From a virus, in the IMG/VR virus record IMGVR_UViG_3300045988_107637, positions 14,411-78,410 of that record: a DNA stretch of 64,000 bases. One strand, given 5' to 3'. Of this stretch, positions 33,740-42,569 are shown one piece after another. The notes under the pieces were generated by a model, which saw nothing but the letters and a program-made list of their open reading frames with translations, did not search any database and was not told the origin of the DNA. Within the stretch, counting starts at the first letter, position 1. Each line of letters begins with the position of its first letter. A program made the translations under genes and the position numbers.

Positions 33740-34840
33740 ATGCCAATATCAAGTGGGAAAATCGTAGCACCCGTCAGTATTGATGATGTCCGCACAGCAT
33801 TGGGTGTATCAAGTTATGATTTAGGTTATTTGTGCAAGAATACTCATGGTAAAACAAATATGTGGGCAAAGTATAAGCCCGTAATATACCCATCAGAAAA
33901 TATTAATCTTACAAACTCAAATTGGTGGAAAAGTAGTAATGGGAATTGTGGTATTGATACAAGCGGTGCGCAGGCTGGTACTTATAAGGATATAGTAAGT
34001 AAAATGACCTCTGACGGTTCAAATGGATATAAGTATTCACCGCCACAAGGAGGAAGCAATGCACCTTTCCGGCTTCTTGACTTTGAAGGGTATATGCCGG
34101 AAGCAATGGCGCCAATTCACTCGTTTACAGTTCCAAAGCAAGTAGATAATCTAAGTGGCAGCACCTTTTTTGCCACAGTAGCTTATAATCCATCGTCTTC
34201 AATGGGAGAAAGCCTATCGTTAAGTGATATAGGTGGATTGGTATGGCAGGGTGTGGCTTATACATTAGGGGATATGTACTTTGGTGTATATATGGTTCAG
34301 AAAGGAGGAACAAGGTCGCAACGACTGACTGCTGACAGTCCGGGGACAATGCTAGTACAAGTGCCTACAAATGGATTACCAGTGAACACATATAATGTCT
34401 ATCCGTTCTTGTCTACTGTAAAACTTGGCATACTGGACGCGGATAAGGCTGCTGGCTATTTCACTTTGCCAAATACCAAGGTTGCCGAGATACAAGTAGT
34501 AAGTACCACATATAATATCATCATCAATGCTGGTATTGGAATGATTGCAACTGCATTGACTGTGACTGTTCAAGTCAAGAACCCGACAAGTTCAAGCAAG
34601 ACCTTTACTAATAATTGGCTGTGGGTTCGCTTCGCTAAAAATGACTTGTTTGACCCACAAATGGTTGGCGAGACAAAATTAAACTTGGGAACATTTACTG
34701 TTGCTGCTGGTGAAACATACACAGTTATCAGAAAGAGATTTGATATAGAAGCAGACGAATCCTATAAGGTCTGGGTTACACTTGATTCATCAAGATATAC
34801 AGATTCGGCAGTGCCTCTACGACCAATTACACCACAATAG
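33740..34840 (+). CDS. receptor-binding / tail-spike-type protein, paralog 3
   Basis: The ATG at 33740 gives MPISSGKIVAPVSIDDVRTALGVSSYDLGYLCKN...NMWAKYKPV. The track start at 33659 is a TTG inside the switch region. Confidence 0.6.
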   Translation: MPISSGKIVAPVSIDDVRTALGVSSYDLGYLCKNTHGKTNMWAKYKPVIYPSENINLTNSNWWKSSNGNCGIDTSGAQAGTYKDIVSKMTSDGSNGYKYSPPQGGSNAPFRLLDFEGYMPEAMAPIHSFTVPKQVDNLSGSTFFATVAYNPSSSMGESLSLSDIGGLVWQGVAYTLGDMYFGVYMVQKGGTRSQRLTADSPGTMLVQVPTNGLPVNTYNVYPFLSTVKLGILDADKAAGYFTLPNTKVAEIQVVSTTYNIIINAGIGMIATALTVTVQVKNPTSSSKTFTNNWLWVRFAKNDLFDPQMVGETKLNLGTFTVAAGETYTVIRKRFDIEADESYKVWVTLDSSRYTDSAVPLRPITPQ

Positions 34841-34865
34841 AAAAGGGGAACTTTCCAAGCTCCCC
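34841..34865 (-). terminator. terminator hairpin between convergent genes
   Basis: GGGGAGCTT-GGA-AAGTTCCCC followed by TTTT on the minus strand. Confidence 0.55.
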
Positions 34866-34901
34866 AAACCTCTAAATAAACTATGTAATATGCAACAAAT
34901 A

Positions 34902-35348
34902 CTATTCTCCTACAAGAATCTCCTGCAAGTCCATGATGGTACTTACATTGAAGTCGTTGGAAGCGATGTACTTTCCGAAAGCATCCTCACTCAACTTGTC
35001 ATAGGTGAGTTCGTTCTCCTTGTCGCCCTCTTCTTTCATCAGCTTCTCAATGGTATTGTTGAAGTTTTGGAAATACTCATTGAGTTCCTTGCGCTCCTCA
35101 AAGGAGTATTCAACTTCCTTTCCTTGTGACTGCATTTCCTGCCAGTGTTGGGCTTTCTTCTGCATCTCTTCCATTTTATCGTCTTTCAGCTTCTCGTGTG
35201 TCAGCTTGACAAACTCCTCATAGCCTTCACTGATTGGCTTAATGGCTCTCAATGCTTTAATAACTTTAAACTTGTCAGCATCCTCCATCTTAGTGAGTTT
35301 GCTGTCGTTCATTGTTTTATAAACGCTTACAATTTTAGATGTTTTCAT
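34902..35348 (-). CDS. hypothetical acidic protein (148 aa)
   Basis: ORF track with an ATG start. Last gene of the minus-strand block. Confidence 0.55.
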   Translation of the reverse strand: MKTSKIVSVYKTMNDSKLTKMEDADKFKVIKALRAIKPISEGYEEFVKLTHEKLKDDKMEEMQKKAQHWQEMQSQGKEVEYSFEERKELNEYFQNFNNTIEKLMKEEGDKENELTYDKLSEDAFGKYIASNDFNVSTIMDLQEILVGE

Positions 35349-35481
35349 TATTATGTTGTTTTAAAATGTTTCTACTAAAAAGCATCTATCTTCACAGACC
35401 GATGCCGTCTACTAACACTATCAAATATGAGATTAAACAAATCAATGGCAATTATATACATCACTTTGTATATGAGTGTCA

Positions 35482-36093
35482 TTAATAATATCTTTCCTTT
35501 TCTTCACTCCATACAAACTGATGGTCGCAATGCTTGCATTTAGAATTGACACCACGAGGAAGGTCAATTTCTTTCCCGCAGTTGGGGCATACAGCATTAT
35601 ATGGAGGATAAACTTGGATAAAGTGTCGGTTGAACTTAGCAACTCCGTCCTCTCCGGAATCTCCGAACTTATCCACATATATTTTGATAGCGTTGAGCAA
35701 GTCCTTTGCGTCGGCTGCATCAATATCCTTGTATTTCTCTTTCAAGAACTTCGCTAATATCTTTCTTAGGTCTTCTGCGTTGAAGTCAATGTCTTCAAGC
35801 TGCAAGGCAGTGTCTTTGATATTCCTATCGTGCTCTGCCGTAAGAAACCTTATAGTTTCTTTAATATCTGTTCGTTCAAGATAGTCTGTAACCTCCAAGC
35901 TGCATCTTTCACGGAACTTAGGTATTTGTTCTTCGGTTTTCTTTTCATACTCTTTCCCTCTGATAGTAACCATATAGGATTGTATCTCATTGATACCGAT
36001 GGCTACCATCATGGAAAAAGAGAAGTCAAGAGGAGAGAGGTTATCTACCCCTCTTGATTTCATCAAGCTCTTTGTCTGCTCGTAATTAACCAT
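35482..36093 (-). CDS. hypothetical protein with C-terminal zinc ribbon
   Basis: 203 aa with CPNCGKEIDL...CKHCDHQF. Could be a small terminase or DNA-binding protein, but this is unproven. Confidence 0.5.
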   Translation of the reverse strand: MVNYEQTKSLMKSRGVDNLSPLDFSFSMMVAIGINEIQSYMVTIRGKEYEKKTEEQIPKFRERCSLEVTDYLERTDIKETIRFLTAEHDRNIKDTALQLEDIDFNAEDLRKILAKFLKEKYKDIDAADAKDLLNAIKIYVDKFGDSGEDGVAKFNRHFIQVYPPYNAVCPNCGKEIDLPRGVNSKCKHCDHQFVWSEEKERYY

Positions 36094-36377
36094 TATTTCA
36101 ACGCTTCTGCTTTGATGTCTTCAATTACAGAATCAATAAGGTCACAAGCATCTACTTCGATTTCCTTTGAGCCGTTGTAGCTTCTGTTTACTTGTCCCCC
36201 ATCGGATTCAGAGTAAAAGAAGTTGCCGTACTGTCCGGTAGTAGAGTTTACACTACCATTGAATGAATCAATCAATGATTGTGAGTTGATTGTAGCGTCA
36301 CCTTCCAATGTGATAGTGCCAGTTGTGTTAGACACATGATAGGAAAGTCGCTTGTTGGTAAAAGTTGTTCCAGCCAT
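36093..36377 (-). CDS. hypothetical protein (94 aa)
   Basis: ORF track. Its stop overlaps the next start. The promoter at 36410-36441 lies upstream. Confidence 0.55.
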   Translation of the reverse strand: MAGTTFTNKRLSYHVSNTTGTITLEGDATINSQSLIDSFNGSVNSTTGQYGNFFYSESDGGQVNRSYNGSKEIEVDACDLIDSVIEDIKAEALK

Positions 36378-36409
36378 TTCGTTTTATATTTTAAGTTTAG
36401 ACTTCACTA

Positions 36410-36441
36410 CAAAAGTAGATAAAATCTGTGAAAGTTCCAAA
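36410..36441 (-). promoter_or_regulatory. Bacteroides-type promoter TTTG-N20-TACTTTTG
   Basis: Minus strand reads TTTGgaactttcacagattttatcTACTTTTG. Related to the promoters at 38665, 47373 and 57078. Confidence 0.6.
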
Positions 36442-36470
36442 AAACCTTCCTGCTTTCACAAGCAAGAAGG
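36439..36470 (-). terminator. intrinsic terminator abutting the promoter
   Basis: CCTTCTTGC-TTGTGAAA-GCAGGAAGG followed by TTTTTT on the minus strand. Confidence 0.65.
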
Positions 36471-36645
36471 GCATAAGAATATTAAAATCACTCTTAATGA
36501 AAAATTGAAAATCAATCTAAACTATCTTCACAGACGGTATTTTTAAGTAGTCAAATTCGACCACTTTAGAATTTTATTGTACAAAATATATCATCGGCAA
36601 TTTCTTTGAACCTATTAGCTAAAGACTTTAATATCTTTTCTTTGA

Positions 36646-36969
36646 TTATATCTGAATCTTCAAAAGGTTCTTTAAAAATTGAGTAGCCTTTTGAGTAGTA
36701 CCTTCTTTACCTTCAAGTTCGATACGCATCATAATGGCGTAGTTTGCAAGGTCAGTCAGCGTATCAGACACCGATTCATAATTAGGCTTCTCATTACTAT
36801 TAAGCAATGACTTCAATCGGTTAAACTTATCTTCCATGCGAACAATGCCAGCTATATTGCCATGTTCTTTGATTGACTTGCCGAATGAATCGCCATAATC
36901 TTTGTTCTTGTTTTCGTAGAGCGTTGCCATTTCAGCAACTATTTCTTTAAATCTTTCTATCTTACTCAT
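36646..36969 (-). CDS. DUF1599-like (MazG-fold-like) protein
   Basis: 107 aa. The pattern KNKDYGDSF...GIVRMEDKFNRLKSL resembles the DUF1599 signature. Confidence 0.5.
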   Translation of the reverse strand: MSKIERFKEIVAEMATLYENKNKDYGDSFGKSIKEHGNIAGIVRMEDKFNRLKSLLNSNEKPNYESVSDTLTDLANYAIMMRIELEGKEGTTQKATQFLKNLLKIQI

Positions 36970-36982
36970 GTTGTTAGTTTAA

Positions 36983-37153
36983 TTACCACCAAAATATTCC
37001 TCCCCAAATCGCGTAAAAAATGATTAGAGAGAATAACCATAAAACGCTCATAAAGCCAGCTATAAAAGGATTTCCATAATCGCTAATTTTGTATAGCCAG
37101 TATATAAATGCCATGCCTATTACGACCGCAACAATGTTACTCCACGTTATCAT
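36983..37153 (-). CDS. small membrane protein (56 aa)
   Basis: Below the track cutoff. Sequence MITWSNIVAVVIGMAFIYWLYKISDYGNPFIAGFMSVLWLFSLIIFYAIWGGIFWW. Its ATG lies 11 nt after leader copy 5. Confidence 0.45.
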   Translation of the reverse strand: MITWSNIVAVVIGMAFIYWLYKISDYGNPFIAGFMSVLWLFSLIIFYAIWGGIFWW

Positions 37154-37164
37154 TCTTCATTTCG

Positions 37165-37297
37165 GGCGTTTATATCCAAGCTTACACTTGGACAACTTGA
37201 CGTTTCATCGAGCCGCTACTTCTTAGGGAGCTTGTGCTCCGGTCGTCCATATTGGGTTCTCACCGTCCAATCCACGATACGCCATCGGTTGGGTTAA
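37165..37297 (-). ncRNA. structured leader RNA, copy 5
   Basis: Same family. A 1-nt deletion (AACCCAAUAUGG) breaks the pseudo-ORF seen in other copies while the helices are retained. Terminal hairpin UCCAAG-UGUAA-GCUUGGA. Confidence 0.75.
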
Positions 37298-37318
37298 TAC
37301 TATTTTAAATCACTCTGC

Positions 37319-37363
37319 GTAGCTTGGTTTTCGCTACATTGGCTTTTTTTATAAAAAGCTAAG
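37319..37363 (-). promoter_or_regulatory. conserved late box (copy upstream of leader 5)
   Basis: Minus strand reads CTTAGCTTTTTATAAAAAAAGCCAATGTAGCGAAAACCAAGCTAC. Its TAG is the stop codon of the upstream gene. Confidence 0.45.
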
Positions 37364-38108
37364 TGTCACTCCTCATTTCGTTTAAGGCTTCTCCTTCATC
37401 AACCTCTCTTTTAGGAATGGCAATGGATTGTTTGAACTCGCCACCGTTATCCTTAATCAGAATCTCAATCTTGTTCATTGCCTCACGTTCGATGTTGTAG
37501 ATTTGTTCCTTCAAATCTTTTACCTTTTCTTCATCAAGCGTTGTTTCAAGAGAAAGATAGCGGATAGTTTCGATATACTTCTGATAAAATTCGTTGCGAG
37601 AAATATCGGAAGGTGCTGGCATGAGCATGGTATTACTTTTTGCCAAGTATGAGAAGTACATACACATTACATTGGTGACTTGCAATGTATCTCCTCCAAC
37701 GGCAAAGGCTGGCTCGGAAAGCGTATAAATCCATCGCTCTGTATGCTGCAATACCTTAACAATCTCTTCCGGCATTTCGTCAGCATGTTCCATCAGTTGA
37801 GAGAAGCTGAAACCTTGTACATTCCCATTCTTGTCCTTAACTTCTCCAAATTCTTTGTTTGCTTCGATGCACTCACAGAATGTTCTAAGCCACAGATAAG
37901 GATTAGAATAACCGCCACTTACTACATTGGTAAATACGTTTCTATGGAAGTTGGTAGACACAACTGAGTAATCGTCGGTAACTGCAATAGAAATTCCTCT
38001 ATCGTCCAGTCTGCAATACATGTGTCCTTTGGTCTTTGGCACGAATACATAGGAAGTACCTATGAGTTTTACAAGCTGTGCCTTGCTCATTTTACTAATA
38101 TCCATCAT
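37359..38108 (-). CDS. hypothetical protein (249 aa)
   Basis: ORF track with an ATG start. Confidence 0.6.
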   Translation of the reverse strand: MMDISKMSKAQLVKLIGTSYVFVPKTKGHMYCRLDDRGISIAVTDDYSVVSTNFHRNVFTNVVSGGYSNPYLWLRTFCECIEANKEFGEVKDKNGNVQGFSFSQLMEHADEMPEEIVKVLQHTERWIYTLSEPAFAVGGDTLQVTNVMCMYFSYLAKSNTMLMPAPSDISRNEFYQKYIETIRYLSLETTLDEEKVKDLKEQIYNIEREAMNKIEILIKDNGGEFKQSIAIPKREVDEGEALNEMRSDT

Positions 38109-38119
38109 ATCATTTTTGG

Positions 38120-38641
38120 TTATTTATTTTTCTTTTTTTCGTCCTCGTAAACTAAATACAATTTAGCTTTGACAGCTTCGTCAGATTTCAGAGAGTGGGC
38201 GTTTCTTATTCTCTTACTTTTAAGGAATGCAAGAGCTTCTTCCCGGTTGCTGATGAATGGATATATCCACTCCGGAAGTTTCTCCTCCTCAACTTCGACG
38301 TCTTCCATGATAGCTTCTTGACGTTCTTCCAGCAACTCTTCCATTGCCATTTTATTGGCTTCGTCCAAGTCCATACTTTCAATGTCAGCTTCCACAAAGT
38401 CGGGAACTGGATAGCATTCAAGAATTTCTGTAAATGTCGCCAAGCAGAAATCTTTAACGACTTTGACAGCTTCGTCCTTCTCTTTATTGTACCGACAAAT
38501 TGCATAGTTTTCTGTTCCGTCAATCCGTCTTACAAGGCAAACTCCTTTGTTGAATTCGGAAACCTTGTCCCAAGTTTTTTTAGGAAGTGACGGAATTTGA
38601 AGCGTTGCGAGGCAATCGTCTAAGTAGTTCTTTTTCTCCAT
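38120..38641 (-). CDS. hypothetical acidic protein (173 aa)
   Basis: ORF track with an ATG start. The promoter at 38665-38696 lies upstream. Confidence 0.6.
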   Translation of the reverse strand: MEKKNYLDDCLATLQIPSLPKKTWDKVSEFNKGVCLVRRIDGTENYAICRYNKEKDEAVKVVKDFCLATFTEILECYPVPDFVEADIESMDLDEANKMAMEELLEERQEAIMEDVEVEEEKLPEWIYPFISNREEALAFLKSKRIRNAHSLKSDEAVKAKLYLVYEDEKKKNK

Positions 38642-38664
38642 TGATTTTCTGTTTTAAGATGAAG

Positions 38665-38696
38665 CAAAGGTATGCTAAATTTTGGAAAGTTCCAAA
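38665..38696 (-). promoter_or_regulatory. Bacteroides-type promoter TTTG-N20-TACCTTTG with palindrome TTTTGGAACTTTCCAAAA over the -33 element
   Basis: Minus strand reads TTTGgaactttccaaaatttagcaTACCTTTG. Confidence 0.6.
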
Positions 38697-38724
38697 AAAT
38701 AAGGGAGAGAAATTAATCCCTCCC
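38694..38724 (-). terminator. intrinsic terminator abutting the promoter
   Basis: GGGAGGGA-TTAATT-TCTCTCCC followed by a T-rich run on the minus strand. Confidence 0.55.
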
Positions 38725-38823
38725 TACAAGAAAATTAGAAATGTCACTTTCGCAAGCTAAAGAATAGGGTTTAAAATGCTGTTATTATGAACCAAAAGTT
38801 TGTAGCACAAATGTAGCAGTGAA

Positions 38824-40029
38824 CTACCCACGAACTAAAGATTCGTGGGCTTCCGACTTCACAGAGGAATGCCCTTTCAAAAGATTAGGTCTTCTATCCT
38901 CTCCATCGGTGTAATCGACAGTCCCTGCCGATATATTATTTAATCCTAATTTTAGGATATTGATAGCAGCATTTACATCTCTATTATGATGTGTACCGCA
39001 AGATGGGCAACCCCATTCTCTTACTTTCAAGTCTTTTATTTCGCTATTACGATAGCCACAAACATTACAAAGCTGAGAGGATGGAAAAAACCTATCAATC
39101 TTAACTACATTTCTACCATTCCAATTAGCCTTATATGTTAGCATAGTGACGAATGTCCCCCAACTTGCATCAGTAATTGATTTAGCAAGTTTATGGTTTC
39201 GTACCATACCTTTCACATTAAGGTCTTCAATACAAATGGTGTCGTAGTTAGAGATTAGAGAGTGAGAACACTTATGCAAGTAGTCCATACGGCAATTAGA
39301 AATCTTCTCATAGAGTTTAGCAGCTTTGAGCCTTTGGTTTTCGTACTCATTACTACCTTTCTTTTTTCTTGAGAGGTGTCTCTGTGCTACTGCAAGTTTC
39401 TTCTCATATCTCTTTGTGTATCTATTATTCTTGAATACTTCACCATCAGATGTTATCAGTAGGTCTTTCAAACCTAAATCTACACCAACTGCTTTATTAG
39501 CAGGTGCAAGTTCTTGATAATCCTCTATTGTGAATACTGATACAAAATACTTTCCTGTTGGAGTTTTAGTTAGACTAACTTTGCCCATCTTACCTTTGAT
39601 TTCTCTATGCAGACGGATAGTTATACCACTCTTGAATTTAGGTAGCCACAATTTACTATTTTCAATAGTTGCAAATTGGGGTACGGTAAATGTATTCTTA
39701 CCTTTCTTTGAGTGATAGTTAGGGAACTTCGCTCTCTTTTGGAAGAAATTAGTGTATGCAGTTTCAAGATTACGCAAAGCAAATTGAAGTGTTTGAGAGT
39801 TTACTTCTTTAAGCCAAGCGGTTTCTTCTTTTTTCTTTAATTCAGTTAAAGCCTTTGCCTGAGCATAGTAGTTATCACTCTCTCCTTCCTCTTTATATTG
39901 CTCTTGCCTTTGATTAAGGAAATAGTTATAGACAAAGCGAGTACAGCCGAAGTGCTTCGCCAACAATTCCATTTGGGAAGCATTTGGATATATCCTAAAT
40001 CTGTATGTTCTATTTATCGTCTTAATCAT
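38824..40029 (-). CDS. tnpB: TnpB RNA-guided nuclease (IS605 OrfB family)
   Basis: The ATG at 40029 gives [16 protein letters not shown]. RuvC motifs [20 protein letters not shown] and RDVNAAINI are present. Zinc finger CNVCG...CPSCG. The track start at 40161 overlaps tnpA and is probably too long. Confidence 0.85.
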   Translation of the reverse strand: MIKTINRTYRFRIYPNASQMELLAKHFGCTRFVYNYFLNQRQEQYKEEGESDNYYAQAKALTELKKKEETAWLKEVNSQTLQFALRNLETAYTNFFQKRAKFPNYHSKKGKNTFTVPQFATIENSKLWLPKFKSGITIRLHREIKGKMGKVSLTKTPTGKYFVSVFTIEDYQELAPANKAVGVDLGLKDLLITSDGEVFKNNRYTKRYEKKLAVAQRHLSRKKKGSNEYENQRLKAAKLYEKISNCRMDYLHKCSHSLISNYDTICIEDLNVKGMVRNHKLAKSITDASWGTFVTMLTYKANWNGRNVVKIDRFFPSSQLCNVCGYRNSEIKDLKVREWGCPSCGTHHNRDVNAAINILKLGLNNISAGTVDYTDGEDRRPNLLKGHSSVKSEAHESLVRG

Positions 40030-40107
40030 AGTGCAAATATACATATAAGTATTTACAAAAACAAGAAATGTTTTGTAAAAGTGAAATATTTTCGTTAATT
40101 TTGTAGT

Positions 40108-40512
40108 ATGAGGAGTGATTATGAGCATAGTAACCGACACAAATATTACTTGAAGTGTCATTTGATATTCTGCATTAAGTACAGAAAGAAGTTGCTCGTA
40201 GGCAAATTCAATGATACTATCAAATGTATTTTAAAGGGTATCGCAGAAAAGTCTGATTTTGATATTGAAATAATGGAGTCAGACAAAGACCACATCCATT
40301 TTCTCATCAACTATCCACAGAACATATCAGTAACATCTATTGTTAGAAAACTCAAGCAAGAGAGTACGATATTCGCTTGGAAACTCTTTGAGAGTAAGTT
40401 GAGAAAAGAGTTTTGGGTTGAACGCACATTATGGAGTGATGGATATTTCTGTTGCTCAATAGGAGAAGCAAGTCCAGAAACAATTAGGAAATATATTGAA
40501 CAACAAGGTTAG
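40108..40512 (+). CDS. tnpA: IS200/IS605 Y1 (HUH) transposase
   Basis: 134 aa with the HUH motif HIHFL, KYRKKLL, and a C-terminal Tyr in RKYIEQQG. Confidence 0.85.
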   Translation: MRSDYEHSNRHKYYLKCHLIFCIKYRKKLLVGKFNDTIKCILKGIAEKSDFDIEIMESDKDHIHFLINYPQNISVTSIVRKLKQESTIFAWKLFESKLRKEFWVERTLWSDGYFCCSIGEASPETIRKYIEQQG

Positions 40513-40572
40513 TGCCTTACATCCCATAGGCTAAAGACCTATGGGTTTTCGGCACCTGTATATAAACTTTAG

Positions 40573-40956
40573 TTATTCAAAATATAAATCGGGATTTTCT
40601 ACAGATTTTGTATCACCATTGCTTTTTGAAACCGGAGATATGTTGTTCAGAGAATACAGATTGATTGTCTGTATGTGGATATTGGTTAACTGAACCTTAT
40701 CGCCATGTTTGGTTTCTTCCAGCTTGTTGTATATCTTCCCAGTAAGTTCAACTAAGTTGCCTACATTGAAGTTGTCGAGAATGTATCGTGTCATTGTTCC
40801 TTTTGCAAGGCATACATGATAATCTATCCTATCAGCTACCTTATAGCCTTTTTGGGTAGTAAAACCCTTTTCGCAAGTTTTGAGTTTCACCATTACCCCA
40901 TAACTACCGACTTCTCTAATGTCAGTAATCCATCCTACAAGTATAGCCTTATTCAT
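40573..40956 (-). CDS. OB-fold single-stranded DNA-binding-like protein
   Basis: 127 aa. MNKAILVGWITDIREV... resembles an SSB N-terminus. Weak call. Confidence 0.4.
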   Translation of the reverse strand: MNKAILVGWITDIREVGSYGVMVKLKTCEKGFTTQKGYKVADRIDYHVCLAKGTMTRYILDNFNVGNLVELTGKIYNKLEETKHGDKVQLTNIHIQTINLYSLNNISPVSKSNGDTKSVENPDLYFE

Positions 40957-41191
40957 CTATATTAGACCATTCAGAAGTTTCCAACAGAGCTTCAACCATT
41001 TGATTGTCAAGAAGTGGATAGGGATAGACTATCGGTTCTCCTTCTTCTGATAATGGTTCAACTTGTGGTACAAGTTCATTATATATTCCCTCATGCAAAA
41101 GAGCTTTTGTTTCGTCTACATTCTTTCTTCTGACTTCCCAATCCTTGTCGAATTGTTTCAAGTCTTCTACGGGTATTTCAAGCCAATTCAT
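40949..41191 (-). CDS. hypothetical protein (80 aa from ATG 41191)
   Basis: The track start at 41218 is a TTG. The ATG at 41191 is preceded by GGAGGTAAAA. Confidence 0.5.
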   Translation of the reverse strand: MNWLEIPVEDLKQFDKDWEVRRKNVDETKALLHEGIYNELVPQVEPLSEEGEPIVYPYPLLDNQMVEALLETSEWSNIDE

Positions 41192-42215
41192 TTTTACCTC
41201 CTTCCCAATAATTTTCAAGCTTTACTTTCTCCTCTTCAACCTCTTCGGGTGTCAGCGACTTGTTATAGAGGGCAAAATAATAGATGGCACAATTTAAGAA
41301 TTCATACGATGCTCCAGTAGTAGTTACCAAAGCGCATCCTAAAGATAATTGGTTTGTGTCCTCTGCTGTACCTCGATTTATGGTCGTACCATTATAAGAG
41401 AATGATGTTTGGTAAGAAACGCTATCCTGTGCAAGAGGAATACTATTGCTCGCTCCGTAGTTTAATAAGTAATTATTAGTATTAATAGATTGCCTTTCAA
41501 ATGTAAAAGCTCCATTCCACATAGAACCATTAGTCCTTTTAGATGCAACAGCAGAATTATTCTTGATACTGACTATTTCTCTCCTGCATATCACTGTATA
41601 ATCGTCAAGAATAGGAAGTCCAGTACATATACCGTAATCATCCACTCCATCGAACACAAGTGCACCCTCATAGGCAGATGGCAGTTGGGTGATGGTGATA
41701 TTACAAGTACCAACTACAGATGCAGCAAACCCGGTATATTTCTTGTAGGATATTGGCAGGTTATTGATACCATTCTTAAGATAGGTGTATGTTCCGGTAC
41801 CGTCTTCGGCATAAGATACATATCTTAACTTAATATCATCCGTTATGCCTTCCACCTTTATTTGACACGCTTCTATTGTTCCGTCTGCATTTGTTTGCAA
41901 AAACTTTCCGTCTGCCACCAATATTTCCGTCAGATGAATAGAAGAATCGGTGTTGGTGAAATTAGCGTTTGCTGTAGTTTTTACAAAACCATTCCAGTTT
42001 ACAGCATACTTTCCAAACCCGCTATTCAGAGCATAGGCGAAGTTCTTTAGTTGGAGTTTATTCTTCTTTACTCCAACTATTTGAGTAGGCTTGTCGCTAT
42101 TGGAAAGCCCACTCATAAACCACGCATCAACTAAAGAAGGATTGAATGGGTGCTTAACTCCTCCCCCTCCCTTAGTTGATGTATGGCTCATTAGTTTACC
42201 AACATTTACTAACAT
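41178..42215 (-). CDS. LamG/concanavalin-like domain protein
   Basis: 345 aa. ALVFDGVDDYGI...FALYNKSLTPEEVEEE is a typical Laminin_G_3-type pattern. Confidence 0.55.
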   Translation of the reverse strand: MLVNVGKLMSHTSTKGGGGVKHPFNPSLVDAWFMSGLSNSDKPTQIVGVKKNKLQLKNFAYALNSGFGKYAVNWNGFVKTTANANFTNTDSSIHLTEILVADGKFLQTNADGTIEACQIKVEGITDDIKLRYVSYAEDGTGTYTYLKNGINNLPISYKKYTGFAASVVGTCNITITQLPSAYEGALVFDGVDDYGICTGLPILDDYTVICRREIVSIKNNSAVASKRTNGSMWNGAFTFERQSINTNNYLLNYGASNSIPLAQDSVSYQTSFSYNGTTINRGTAEDTNQLSLGCALVTTTGASYEFLNCAIYYFALYNKSLTPEEVEEEKVKLENYWEGGKNELA

Positions 42216-42218
42216 AGG

Positions 42219-42515
42219 CTATGAATTTGTTTGAATGTCAGAACCCATGATATTGAGTTTTCCTTCTACAACAGAAAGAGTGCCATCGTAGACATAAAAG
42301 TATTCGACACTGCCAGCAGGCATATAAATAGCTGCTAAAACTGGTCGTTCGTGATTAGGGTCTAAGAACGGCATATTGAAGGTAGTATCTTCATAAGCTG
42401 CAAATCGGTAAAGTCCCTCTCCTAATTTGAGAGTTTGTCCTTGCTCCACATTATATGCAGTGTCTATAACTACTGCTTGCATGTGGTTATTGTTCTTGTC
42501 TCTTGCTATTTCCAT
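42219..42515 (-). CDS. hypothetical protein (98 aa from ATG 42515)
   Basis: The track start at 42557 is a TTG that falls inside the promoter-like box. Confidence 0.5.
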   Translation of the reverse strand: MEIARDKNNNHMQAVVIDTAYNVEQGQTLKLGEGLYRFAAYEDTTFNMPFLDPNHERPVLAAIYMPAGSVEYFYVYDGTLSVVEGKLNIMGSDIQTNS

Positions 42516-42554
42516 ATTGTTGAATATTAATTGATTAAACCTTACGTAAAGATA

Positions 42555-42562
42555 CAAATTTA
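42555..42562 (-). promoter_or_regulatory. Bacteroides-type -7 box (TAAATTTG) 7 nt downstream of a G10 tract
   Basis: Minus strand reads GGGGGGGGGGtaatttcTAAATTTG, 40 nt upstream of the ATG at 42515. Confidence 0.4.
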
Positions 42563-42569
42563 GAAATTA

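Larger units (their letters stand above)
38815..40565 (-). mobile_element. IS200/IS605-family insertion sequence (divergent tnpA and tnpB), ends approximate
   Basis: Two subterminal hairpins on the same (minus) strand share an identical loop: CCCATAGG-TCTTTAG-CCTATGGG (40545-40523) and CCCACGAA-TCTTTAG-TTCGTGGG (38849-38827). They bracket tnpA and tnpB. Inserted just after the stop of the gene at 40573. Confidence 0.7.

Noticed and set aside
35442-35757. Overlapping 93-aa ORFs on both strands (35442-35723 minus, 35476-35757 plus)
   Set aside because: They fall within or antisense to the 203-aa zinc-ribbon gene, which has the better start, length and fit to the gene array.
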